This document shows, piece after piece, positions 51,843-64,000 of a DNA stretch of 64,000 bases. Positions within the stretch are counted from its first letter, which is position 1. Every line of letters begins with the position of its first letter. Source of the stretch: Paraspadella gotoi (Eukaryota; Animalia; Chaetognatha); contig CM119269.1 of assembly GCA_051294375.1 (NCBI GenBank), forward strand, positions 8,505,619-8,569,618, in the 5' to 3' direction. The notes beneath the pieces were generated by a model, which saw only the letters and a program-made list of their open reading frames with translations, did no database searches and was not told the DNA's origin. Both the position numbers and the translations under genes were made by a program.

Positions 51843-52470
51843 ACGTCAACCTCCTTTGATAACTTGATCAAGTTTAAAGCGAAACTTCTTCTCTCGTCCA
51901 AACTAAGTGGGCGATGATAATACATCAGGCGATAATGAAGGGAAAGACGCGTTTGTCGCTGTATATCATGGAGAGAGAGAGANNNNNNNNNNNNNNNNNN
52001 NNNNNNNNNNNNNNNNNNNNNNNNNNNNNNNNNNNNNNNNNNNNNNNNNNNNNNNNNNNNNNNNNNNNNNNNNNNNNNNNNNNNNNNNNNNNNNNNNNNN
52101 NNNNNNNNNNNNNNNNNNNNNNNNNNNNNNNNNNNNNNNNNNNNNNNNNNNNNNNNNNNNNNNNNNNNNNNNNNNNNNNNNNNNNNNNNNTCTCTCTCTC
52201 TCTCTCTTAAAAAAAATGTGAGGCACAAAATAATTAACACATTCCTTCTCTCTATCTTTCTCCCCCCCAGAAAAAAAAACGTAAATTGTTTCGTCTCCGG
52301 TAGAGTAAACAAAAGTGTAAACAAAACAGTAAACAAAAGGAGAAAATAAACAAACAAAAGGTGAAGAGATAAACGAGATTCTTTTGGCAGGAAAGGGACA
52401 AGGGGTTGGGATAGAGAAGGGGGATGATGGGGTGAGGAAGGGAAATAGGAAAAAGAATAAAAAGGGGGCA
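47750..52470. repeat. Direct duplicate: noisy copy ~47750-49480 and cleaner gapped copy ~51350-52470; probable assembly redundancy
   Basis: Shared anchors gaagaattta..aatagt..aaacaagatggg, ctgatgaa(a)ctttt and cattccttctctctatcttt...ggacaaggggttgg. (GAC)n tracts are scrambled by insertions in the first copy. Confidence 0.7.
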
Positions 52471-52559
52471 CTATTTTTTGAAAACGCCCAATTTTGGTTA
52501 TTTAATCTTTTAAATTAATTTAAACAAAATTAATTAATATTAATCTTTTACTAAATATT

Positions 52560-52760
52560 CAATCAAATTCTTAATCCTAATCCTTAACCCTAATATCCAA
52601 ACCTATCTATAATCCATAATCAAAATCCTTAATATTATTCCCTAACCTAAAACCTTTATTCCTAACCATAATTTTTATGCAAATCTCAAAACAAGTCACT
52701 AACCATAACCATAACCTTAATCATTAACCTAACCCTTATTCCAAACTACTAACCTAGTTA
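52560..52760 (-). repeat. Degenerate (TTAGGG)-like array on the minus strand
   Basis: cctaa, taaccc and taacc units on the plus strand. Confidence 0.55.
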
Positions 52761-55700
52761 TTTATAATAATTTATAAATTTATAAAGTTAATTCTGAAAA
52801 TAAGTTGACATAGGGCGCTTTTANNNNNNNNNNNNNNNNNNNNNNNNNNNNNNNNNNNNNNNNNNNNNNNNNNNNNNNNNNNNNNNNNNNNNNNNNNNNN
52901 NNNNNNNNNNNNNNNNNNNNNNNNNNNNNNNNNNNNNNNNNNNNNNNNNNNNNNNNNNNNNNNNNNNNNNNNNNNNNNNNNNNNNNNNNNNNNNNNNNNN
53001 NNNNNNNNNNNNNNGTATGAAAAAAAGAGTGCGGTGTGTTAAATGTGAGATGAATAAAATGGATGTTGAAAATCTGAGCAAATATAAAAAAGGGTAGAGT
53101 CTGGGAAGGGGGTAGAAGAGAAAGAACAAGGGTTGAAGAATAGTGTAATTTACGTACAGATTTCAGGAACAAGTGGTTGTTTTCGTTGCTTAAGATACTC
53201 GTATGATGTCCATTGTTAATAACATAAGGTCACGCAGGGCACAACTCTATCTAGATAACAATATCGAGTTGTGACGTCGTGGAGTCCAAAATAAAAGAGA
53301 GCGATTGAAGTCCTGACAAAATTCTGATAGATGTTATCCTTTTACATCCGGGGAAAAAAAGGCAAACGTATTAAAATCTCCTTACGTAAAGGAAATCAAA
53401 AATAGCGGGCGGTCGGACGGTGAAAGGGCGGAACCGGAGGGAGGAAAGGCGGACCTTAGGTGTGGCTGCACCCCGGGCGGCCGACAAACACTCGTCGACC
53501 AATATTCCTCCCTCTCCTCCTCTCCTCCTTCCCTCGCCAACGCTCTAGAACCAAACCGTTGCTTATATACAGACTCACAAGTTTCATAAAAACAAACGAT
53601 TTGCACATTCATCAGACTCAATATATAAATAATTGTCGTCTATTTAAAAATATTTAAGTTATAGATGCGATCGAAACAATCAGAGATCCGCAGAAATTAC
53701 GAATACTCAATATCGATATTTTGTATGTTAAGACACCGTCAAGCCGCGTCAAAAGAACAAAAGATACTAGGACCTGGCGGATATTCGCAGAAATTTTTCA
53801 TTAAAAAGGATCTTTTCCCTGTGAAAATATCTTTCGCATGGTTCTACGAGTTTTTATTAATAAATATTATTATTAATATATTTTGTCTATCTTTAATTAA
53901 TATATTCAGACATGCTTAATAATTTTATAACGTTTTTGTGACTAGACATGTTGTGATTTTTAATATTATTTTCCTGCTTTTTTAATAAGGAAAACTCTTT
54001 AAAATTAATCCCTTATTTTTTGACTTTTGACTCTCTGAAATTCAGTACGAACACTATTTAAAGAGAATTAAATAATATGATCTTATATTAGTACAATGAT
54101 AAATAACATAATATAATTATATTTCATAAAAAAAGATATATTTTTTTAACTATTGCAATGTTTATACAACAAAACAATGCTTTAAAACGGATATTGATAT
54201 GAATTACCAATTTATATTCCACCTCATTCTTATCTTAAAACTATTATTCATATTATGAATACTTTTTCCCTAATGTACATATCAGTTTCAATTTTAATAT
54301 AAAATATCTTAACTAAGGCCAATAAAATTAGGCTGAATGACGGGTCTGGCACTCCTCGTCTCTCTCTCTCTCCATTCTCCATCTCTCTCCTTTCTTCTCT
54401 TTTTAGTCATTGTTTATTATCTTTCTGCCTCTTGTGTTTTGCATTAGAGCTCTCTCTCTCTGACCTTTAATGAATACCGACATAATGTTTTTACTAAAAT
54501 AATATTTCGCAACTACTCTGTTATCCCTTCATCGTTGTTCCAAGATATCGAAGACACATGGTACCCTCGATTGTTAACAATGAAGCTATGTTATGATATT
54601 ATCATATTGTTTTTTAATCATAATTGTATTACTCCTTTTCTCAATTTGCGATTGATTGTAAATATTCAAACCAGGAGCATAATATCTATTCATTTTACAG
54701 ACACTAGGTTCGATTAGGATTATTATAAATTTAAATTGCTACTGTATTTGTGATTCTAAAACTTATAAAAACAAAAGCAATTCTTTCAAAAATCCTTGGT
54801 GAATTAAAGTTTTCCCTACTCAAATTCTCTGATTTTCTTTATTAATTGAACAGCTAGTTTATTGTGATTTATGATCAGATAAATTACGACATAATTATAG
54901 AGAACAGTTATTTATACCATTATCTAAAAAATTTGAAGTCCCGAGGTTATAGTTGCTCACACACAAAACATGATCCAACGCATCAAACTCTATGTTATTG
55001 TTATTTGTCAAATTTAGTAATATTTATTAGATTCGTATTTAGATTTTACCTTCCTGATCATATCAAATAAATATAACTTAATCACTTGGATTATTATGAC
55101 TATGAGATACCTTTCACTATTAGTCTATCATAGTGTAATCAACGGTGGTGTTATGCCTTGCGGCGGGTTTAGCAGATTGGTGCCACGTTAGTTATTGCGA
55201 CCCGAGTCAAAATTGCCACACGCCCCTCTCCCAGTAGGTGCGCTAGGATTGCCACCTCTGTAGCATCGGTACCCGCACTATTAGCAATTGCACAGATAGA
55301 ATTTTCCGCCCCACCTCAATTCACGTATTCCTCGTACGGTCACATCACTAATGGAACACTAGTCTAAAATTACTATTAAAATATATAGAAAAAATATTCG
55401 ACTTAATAATTATTTAAATATTTAATTTTCTTTTCTTTGCAGTAATATTTTTCAAATTCAATTTTTTTATTTATTTTATTTACTGTAAATTATTTTATAT
55501 TATATTAGCTCTAGTTTTCACTTTTTTTAAAAATTTTACTGTTTATTGTTATTTATCTTTCGTTTCTGATAAGTTTTTTCAAAGCTCTTACCCCAGATCT
55601 ATCTATTAAAGTCAGCTAGGATAGTAACTTCACGAACATGAAATATACAATGTGTGATATCTCAATTTACATTACTATTGATATGCTAAACTAAGGAACT

Positions 55701-56240
55701 TAACAAGATAGTATTTCTACACTTTTATGCAAAACTCTTGAGATTTCTCATTTGGTTTCGACAGAAGAAATTAGATTCCATATTATATGACATTTTCCTA
55801 TATATATTTATTTTAGCTACTGACTACTAACTATAAGTCTACTTTATTATTCTTAAAATATATATTCTAACAATACCTATAATATTAATTATTTCTCTAT
55901 TATAATGTACAATAATAAAACAGTTTAATTACGCGATATAAACTGGCGTCATTCGGTTATTGACAAATTCGTCGTAAAGCTAATTTGCTTATTTAGGAGC
56001 CAGATAAAATCGATCGGGATTTCTTTGATCGTTTAAATGACATAAAGGTGTTTTAAATTATAACGTTATATATGTGTGATCACTTGTGTGAACGTATTTG
56101 AAAAATCTGATCCATCTTGAGTACACTGACCCGCGCTCGTGTAATCAATATCCTTTCTCGAGGTCAAAGTTTCAACGCAAATAAAAACAGCGGATATGAC
56201 TTTACAATATCTACACCGCGAATTCAGCGAATTCAGCGAA

Positions 56241-56486
56241 TTCATACAATTGAAACATTCTTTGAAATATTATACCACTTCATTGATAGGGAAGCCAGGT
56301 ACTCTGGGAGTGAATAAACGAGACTGTGAGAGAGTCTTGATTGAAACCTTGCAGGGACCTGCTATGTCATTATCTTGTAAGAGTGATGGAGGCCTTAAAC
56401 CACCAAAGCCTGTCCAAAGTCAGGGGCAAGATAGCTTAATTATTAAATGAATGGATAATTTTTATATTGGTTGTACCAATTTCATA
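56241..56486 (+). mobile_element. Dispersed repeat, likely the 3' end of a non-LTR retrotransposon
   Basis: Matches 14313-14587 from ttcatacaattgaaacat to ggttgtaccaatt. Confidence 0.7.
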
Positions 56487-59400
56487 TGTTTATTGTACAA
56501 AGATGGGAATCAAAATTTAGAAAATCCATATACGTTCTGTATTTTTATCTAAATTTAGCGCCGCAGCTCTTACGTTCCGCACTTTAAGAAAATATTTCAA
56601 AACTTAATTCTCATGTAACAGAATTATTATGTATTCTGTTGTAAATTACGAAATTATAAATTTCAAAACAATGATAAATACGCTTTCTGCTTAAAAAAAC
56701 ACTTTTTTGGATAATTCTCAATCAGAAAAACCCAGATCGGGGTCGCGAGAAAGACTGACGAAGGAAGGAACAGATCGGGAGATCTTTTACAAAAATCAGG
56801 CAATATAGTAGACCGCTGCGGATTTTTTCTTGCAATTCCAATTCCATCTGCCCTACGCCTTCATATTGCATCAAAGTTGCCAATGAGGCCCGACTCCCAT
56901 TTAAGAAGAAAAAAGAAACTGAGGCCCGCCCTTAAAAAAAGGCGAGGAGCCTCTTTGACGATCCCCTTAAAGCCTCGAGGGGGAATCGAAATTAATCGCC
57001 CACCCTCTACTCTAAACCTTAGTCGTCGTCGTCGTCGTCGTCGTCGTCGACGTCGTCGGTGCGGGCGAACTCACCCTCAGTCGGGGATCACCTGACCCCA
57101 TTAGCCGCCACCGCTGTCACCGCCGCCGCCGTCGTCCCCGTCACCCTTTTGGAAACGACAGACTTCAGCCACCTGCGACACTCGGCTTGAGATGATGACG
57201 ACGACGACGACGACGACGACGACGATTGAAAATCGATTTTTCAACGAATTTTTGACGTCGATGAAGAAGAAGAAGAAAANNNNNNNNNNNNNNNNNNNNN
57301 NNNNNNNNNNNNNNNNNNNNNNNNNNNNNNNNNNNNNNNNNNNNNNNNNNNNNNNNNNNNNNNNNNNNNNNNAAAATCGAGGGAAGATATTTTATTTGGG
57401 GGTGTTGGGGGGGGAACGATAAATTGTGAAGAATAAAAATTTGGCTATTAAATAATAAATAGATTTATAATTAATTGCTAATTTTCTAAAAAAATATTTA
57501 AAATTTTAAAAATCATTCAGCGAAAAAAATGAATGAACGAATAAATGAACTAATTAATTAATAAATTAATTATCAGGGAATGAATTATTAAATTAATGGG
57601 TTGAATGATAGAATGAATAAATTAATTAATCAATTAATGATTGAACAAACGAATGAAGGAGTAAACACGAAAATACGGAAAAGAACATCCCGAATCACAA
57701 TAGAAAANNNNNNNNNNNNNNNNNNNNNNNNNNNNNNNNNNNNNNNNNNNNNNNNNNNNNNNNNNNNNNNNNNNNNNNNNNNNNNNNNNNNNNNNNNNNN
57801 NNNNNNNNNNNNNNNNNNNNNNNNNNNNNNNNNNNNNNNNNNNNNNNNNNNNNNNNNNNNNNNNNNNNNNNNNNNNNNNNNNNNNNNNNNNNNNNNNNNN
57901 NNNNNNNNNNNNNNNNNNNNNNNNNNNNNNNNNNNNNNNNNNNNNNNNNNNNNNNNNNNNNNNNNNNNNNNNNNNNNNNNNNNNNNNNNNNNNNNNNNNN
58001 NNNNNNNNNNNNNNNNNGTCGCGTCCTCATCGTCACCGACTCAAGTTCCGTCACACGTCGCTGGACCCAAACGAGATTCGCGGTCAAAATCTCCGGCGGA
58101 GACGAAATCCGCGCGGAAATTTAAATATTTGATCTTTAACGTCACTAAGGTCGAGATTTCGTTTTTCACGTCACGAATTAAGCCGGAACGAAATTCAACT
58201 GTAAAGTGATGATGAAGGAGATGTTACTACTCGGTTAACTGTGATGCGTTTCGATAGTGTGATGTGATTCGTGAGTTGGATTCTATGAGCCATTTTGCCT
58301 TAATGTGACTCAATCAGTAAATCTCACAACCAATTATTTATACAATCTCACAACCAACTCGGTTCAATTTCACCAACCTCTAAGTACATCATCATCTATC
58401 TAGCTATCANNNNNNNNNNNNNNNNNNNNNNNNNNNNNNNNNNNNNNNNNNNNNNNNNNNNNNNNNNNNNNNNNNNNNNNNNNNNNNNNNNNNNNNNNNN
58501 NNNNNNNNNNNNNNNNNNNNNNNNNNNNNNNNNNNNNNNNNNNNNNNNNNNNNNNNNNNNNNNNNNNNNNNNNNNNNNNNNNNNNNNNNNNNNNNNNNNN
58601 NNNNNNNNNNNNNNNNNNNNNNNNNNNNNNNNNNNNNNNNNNNNNNNNNNNNNNNNNCTCGGAATCGTTCACCCGATTCACGACTCGGTCCTTTCCTCTC
58701 TCATTCGACCGTTTTTATTTATCACATTTATCATTCATGATATATCTGTGATAAAGAATCGCTCTCACTGTCGCACTAAGAAAAAAATGCCTCACTCCTT
58801 TTACTTAGTTAATCACAAGATCAAGAATGACATCTCTCTCTCTCTCNNNNNNNNNNNNNNNNNNNNNNNNNNNNNNNNNNNNNNNNNNNNNNNNNNNNNN
58901 NNNNNNNNNNNNNNNNNNNNNNNNNNNNNNNNNNNNNNNNNNNNNNNNNNNNNNNNNNNNNNNNNNNNNNNNNNNNNNNNNNNNNNNNNNNNNNNNNNNN
59001 NNNNNNNNNNNNNNNNNNNNNNNNNGCGTAGAATTTATCTATCAAAGATCCTATAGTTGAATAAATTAATTAATTAAATTACTAAACATGTACAATGTAC
59101 ATTGTACAATTGTACAACGGTCCTACTTTCTCTCGTCCCGGCAAAAACTGGTTCCCGTTGCTTAGCAACCAAACTTCCTCACGTCCGTCCAACGTCAAAC
59201 ATCGGGACGTGTCTGCGTCAACAACGAAGACAACGACAACAAAGGATGACGTCGACGAACAAGAAAATGCAAATTGGCGCCGATGATGACGAAGATGAAG
59301 CCGACGACGACGACGAGAACGACGACGGTGAGGTCAGTCCTTTCAACCTCAGTTCCGGGAAGACGCGCGATCGGAAGTCGTCGTCGTCGTCGTAGTTATC

Positions 59401-60853
59401 GTCGTCGTCGTCGTCGTAGTTATCGTCGTCGTCGTCGTCTTCGTCGTCGTATTAATCACTTTCGTTGACTCGTCGTAATTCACTTTCACGCAGATTCACG
59501 TTGACTGACGTGAAATCGTGAAGATCGTGATCTTCGACCTTCGATTTCGTCATCATCATCATCATTGTCGTCGTCGTCATCATCGTCGTCGTCGTCGTCC
59601 CTGTTTCCTCATTAAGTCATTGACTGAAACTCGAATCATTGAAGACGAAGGATCGAGATCAAAAATAATAATAACAACAACAACAATAATGAATACAACC
59701 ACACTCTCAAAAGAGTCAGCATCAGCAGCAGTAAACGATTCGGCAGGAGCAGCAGCTGTAGCCGAAGTAGCTGCAGCAGCAGCCTTGGTCAAATCGAGGA
59801 CGAGAAAACATATCGAATCTCGGAAACGAATTTTTGTCGTTTTTTCTTTCGTTTTGTTGTTTTGTTTCGTCAGGAAACAACGACCCTCGACAGAGAAAAC
59901 AAAAAAACGAGGAAAAGAACGTAAAATATGCGGCGGAGGAAAAACAAAAACCGCCGCCGCCGCCCCCGCCTCCGCCGCCGCGCCTCGGCGGCGGCAGGGG
60001 ACGGTTGAGAGTAGGAGATGGGGCGAAAAAAAGGGAGATGTAGAGAATGTGCGTGGATAATAATGAAGGCGAGCAGCTGTTCATATCGTAAGTCGGACGG
60101 GATGAGGAATGGTCCAGGGGTTAGTGAGATGCGGGAAACGGATGGGTGAAGACATGCAGGCATGATAGAGGACAGGGAGAAAGAGTTTCCGAGAGGAAGG
60201 GAATCGTCGAGATTAATTTCAAAGATTTTTTAACATTGAAAGAAAAAATGATTGAAAAGAAAATCAAAAATCATTGAATCAACTCTTTTTCGTTGTCAAG
60301 GAAACTCTGCCCTCTCAAGAAAGGTCAATAGAATTAAATTCACACGCGCCGATCACACGCGACGGGTCAGGCAAGCGACGTCCAAGCATCACCCAAGCAA
60401 CGACGCAAGCAACGAAAAGAGACGCTTGGAACACGCAAAGAAAACTTAAGCCTCCATCGAATTTCAATTAATCTCGACTCAAATTTTCTCTCGAGATTCA
60501 AGATTCGATTTCGTTTGTCAGATTTCCATTCTGATGGAACCGAGTCGTTCGAATTTACCCTGAGGGTTTTTTCTTTTTTCTTTTTTTTTCACCCTTTCCT
60601 CTCTTCGGTGAAAGCTTACTTTTTTCTTTTTATGGCTTTTCAATTTACTATTCCTCCAGAAGCTCGGATAATGCTTTTCTCACAACGCCTTTACGCATTC
60701 TCAAAAATATTTCTAACAACAACATACCCTACCTGTCTCTTTTCTTTCCATACCTCACCATTCTTTGGATTCACCCTCGCCCCACTTCCTCGTTTCTCTC
60801 CGACCGCCGACCGTTTCGTAAGAGCAAACTTTTTTTCCGACGCCCATGGTTCC

Positions 60854-60936
<83 letters not shown>

Positions 60937-62626
60937 CTCCATCTGCATCATCAAAGCGAGATCACGCTAAAAAATATTTCAAATATTACATGAAACTCGA
61001 TAAGAAGATTGACACATCAGAATGATTTCTTCTGCTGTTAATATTCATAACATTTTTGACGTTTCATTCTTTTATTAATAAAAAAAGACATTCTAGATTG
61101 CGTTGATGATTACTTAGAAAATAAACTTTATGATTCTAAAGATTTCAATTTCATAAATATTATTTATATATAAATATTATTAAATAATAATATGAATGAT
61201 CCGAGCAATTTTTACTCCCTTAAATAAAAACCATCGTCTTAAATTTCATGTCAAATCCGATTAGAAAGTAAATTTTATCTTAACGGGTTAATTTAAGAAC
61301 AAAAAAGGGGCACAATCCATCTGATAAATCTTTAACAATTTTCATCTTGTTTTGCCACCATCTCACCTCAACCCTTCCGGAACCCCTTTCGAACCACCCC
61401 TTCCCGCCCCCCCTTCCATCTTGACCCTGCCACCGAAATTCGGGTAAGTGCCCCGCGTTTTCCAGAAGTCAGGAAAAAAGTCAGGGTAAGTCGCCGGAAT
61501 CGCGACGCCGGAAGTAGAGGGGGGCGTTGCCGAAAGTCTATCGCGTGACGCCTGAGCGGCGTTTCGCTTCCGGAGCTGAATTAGAAAACAACGACTTTTC
61601 AAAAATGCGTAAGAATACAGGGTAACCTAAAGTTAACTCGACTTAAAACTGACACATATGCGCTCGACAACGTCTTTCGTCAATTGATCGTCGAAACTAT
61701 TTTCTCTAGATATCGTAACACTCTCTATATGTACATAAAAAAATTAGGATAAATCATCAGCTCATTGTCGATATTATATTACAGAAAATTAAATGAAACC
61801 TTTTAGGACTGTGTTCTTTTGTCATTTTATACTTTGGCATTGTATCAAGAGAGGATAGAGGCATGTTGCTGTGAAAAGTTTGTGAAAAAAAACAAAAGTC
61901 AAAGAGAGTTTTTTTAATCAGAGTACAAGTTTAAACGTGAATTGCTTGACAAAATTCAGTTTTAGTTGCTCTCCTATCAGAATTTAAAATTTTGGACTTA
62001 CGGTCAAGATCCTTGATTACTGGGTAATGTCGTGAGTTGACTTAAACTTCTGTTAGTTAACTTATACTTCTGTTGCTTCGAAATTACATCGAAATTTACG
62101 CCTCATATGAATACGGCAAAAGGCGATTTGTCCCCGAGAATTAGTACCATAGTATATTGATTTATTGTCGCTGACATTGTCAATGAGTTTTCCTTATTTG
62201 ACAAGATTTTATTAAAAAAGTCGCCGCTGACCTAATTTCGTTGTAAAACGAGTATCGGTGTTTATTCGTGATGTAAAATGAAAAAAAACCCTCCCAATGA
62301 ATAATCAGACGACGACGATGACGACGACAGCGACGAGAAACAAAGGCGTTTCTTGTTTTGTTTCTCCGTCCGCACATAACGACGAAAAAGTCAAGGGCGT
62401 TTCCTGTAACGACGAAGTCGGGGGACGAAGGTGGTGACACCCGAATTCGCGTCCTGTTTGTGGATTTAATTCTACGACCGGTAAGTCTCCAGAACGATTC
62501 CTGGAACTGGTGTTCTTTCGTCAGTTTTTTAAAGAGAAGGTCTTAAATTTTTTTTCTCATATTGCTATCGTTAATTTAATGAGAAGCTGTGGAGAATAAT
62601 ACGTTATAACTGACGAAATACGTGAA

Positions 62627-62790
62627 TATAAATAAGATTTTAAATCCTCACTCTGGCCACAACAACCACTGCTGACTCGTAAACAATTTTTTTTAGGGTT
62701 GTGTCAACGTTGAGATCAAACCTGCTTTTCACTTTTCAGAGAGAAGACTTGAATCTCTGCAAACTCCGATTACAAACTTCAAAGTAAGTA
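62627..62790 (+). promoter_or_regulatory. Possible TATA box and non-coding first exon of the secreted-peptide gene
   Basis: TATAAATA at ~62627, a strong donor AAA|GTAAGT at 62784, and an acceptor tttcAG at 63814 just 5' of the ATG. Confidence 0.4.
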
Positions 62791-63818
62791 CGTTTATATA
62801 ACTTGGCATTTATAGTTTTAGGGCGTTTGTAAAACAACTGATATATCGTGACCTCAACCTTAATGATAACCATAACAACAATAACAATGAAGGATCACCA
62901 TTTGGTGATGGCTCGCCTATACCTGGATATTGGGATTAAAGAGCCGAAATCCATGAAGGGTATAGGTTCCCAACTGATGACCTTCCCATTGTATAAACAT
63001 AAAAAATACAAAATATTCAAAAAATAAATAATTAAAAAGTAGAATAAAAAAAAATTAATTAAAGTATTTTAAAATTATATTCATAACATAAAGATGCCCC
63101 TATAGACCTTTCCCCAGTATGTATCCCTATCAGAACATACAATTCTACATGGTAGTCTTATCCCTATTGGTAAAAAAATCATATATAACGTTGGCCCCCC
63201 TAAAAAAATTATCCATTCCCACCCCTTTCTGTTCAGCCTTTTAGATATTATGATTTTTCATTAATGACTTTCTAACATAAATGATGTGTGATATCTATTA
63301 GAAAACTAGGACAGATAGTTATCTAACCTTGTGTTGTATAGATGTTCCTCTATTTCCAGAAGACAACACTGACTTCCCCTTCCCAAATTGAAGTATTAGA
63401 TAAATAAAACATTTTTAAAAAAGAAAGCAATTTATATTTGTTTAAATAATATAGATTAGATACTAAATTCTCCATAAAATATAAAAATAGAAAATAATGA
63501 AACAAGTAATTTGCAAATTTTCATTAACCAATGTTCATTGCACTGTTGAGCGATCAGTTTAGGTTGCATTGTTTTTAAGTATTTAAAGGCTTTTGAGAGA
63601 TTCACTCCGATTTTTAATGTGGATCTCGTTTTAGTAAAGACGAAGATATCGTTATAATCGTCTTGAAAAGTCAGCTCTTTTAGGGCCTAAGACATCTTTT
63701 TTCAAATTATCAATTTTAGAAACATTTCCTTTCTCTGAAATGTATTAACGAGACGGAATTCTAATCAATAATAAGTGAATTAATTAATAAATACACACAT
63801 TCGTTTCGTTTCAGAACA

Positions 63819-63900
63819 ATGGCGAGCAAGTTGCTCATCGTAACTCTGGTGGTGCTGGCCATGGGCTACCTCATGGCGGAGAGCTCAGACGAAAACGAGG
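63819..63900 (+). CDS. Secreted protein / peptide precursor, first coding exon (signal peptide)
   Basis: acaATGGCG start gives MASKLLIVTLVVLAMGYLMAESSDENE, a typical signal peptide. Donor G|GTAAGT at 63901, phase 1. Confidence 0.75.
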
Positions 63901-63965
63901 GTAAGTTAATTAATTAATTTGTTTTAAATGTTATTTTAATTACATTTTATCATTGTTTCTTAAAG

Positions 63966-64000
63966 GAGACTACGTGGACAAGCTTCGCCGGATGCTGAGG
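63966..64000 (+). CDS. Secreted protein / peptide precursor, next exon (runs off window)
   Basis: 65-nt AT-rich intron ending ttctttaaAG. In-phase continuation G-DYVDKLRRMLR. Confidence 0.7.

Noticed and set aside
63090-63400. Minus-strand VLIGIHTG as a 3C-like viral protease motif
   Set aside because: No open frame or catalytic Cys/Ser motif around it. More likely a decayed LINE 3' fragment or chance.

Overview
Eukaryotic (probably invertebrate metazoan) draft-assembly DNA. It is AT-rich, microsatellite-dense, has many N gaps, and several stretches look like unpolished long-read sequence with dense indels. No prokaryotic systems, CRISPR arrays or rRNA genes are evident. Best-supported content: (1) a two-exon XK-related (Xkr/CED-8-type scramblase family) membrane-protein gene of about 856 aa (13949-14277 + 18034-20275) that may contain two tandem XK modules. 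(2) Inside its single intron, a 3.0-kb almost completely palindromic, TA-flanked, Tc1/pogo-like foldback element (14931-17946), plus LINE-like and SINE-like fragments; the whole gene is also bracketed by 70-bp inverted repeats. (3) A full-length but frameshift-riddled Ty3/Gypsy (CsRN1-like) LTR retrotransposon (30413-37799). (4) The 5' end of a secreted-peptide gene at the right edge. Weaker signals include minus-strand micro-exons of a PH-like domain near 3-4 kb, a head-to-head pair of diverged coding paralogues near 40.5-41.6 kb, a MITE and a 91-bp hairpin. All alignments and family calls were made by eye without searches.
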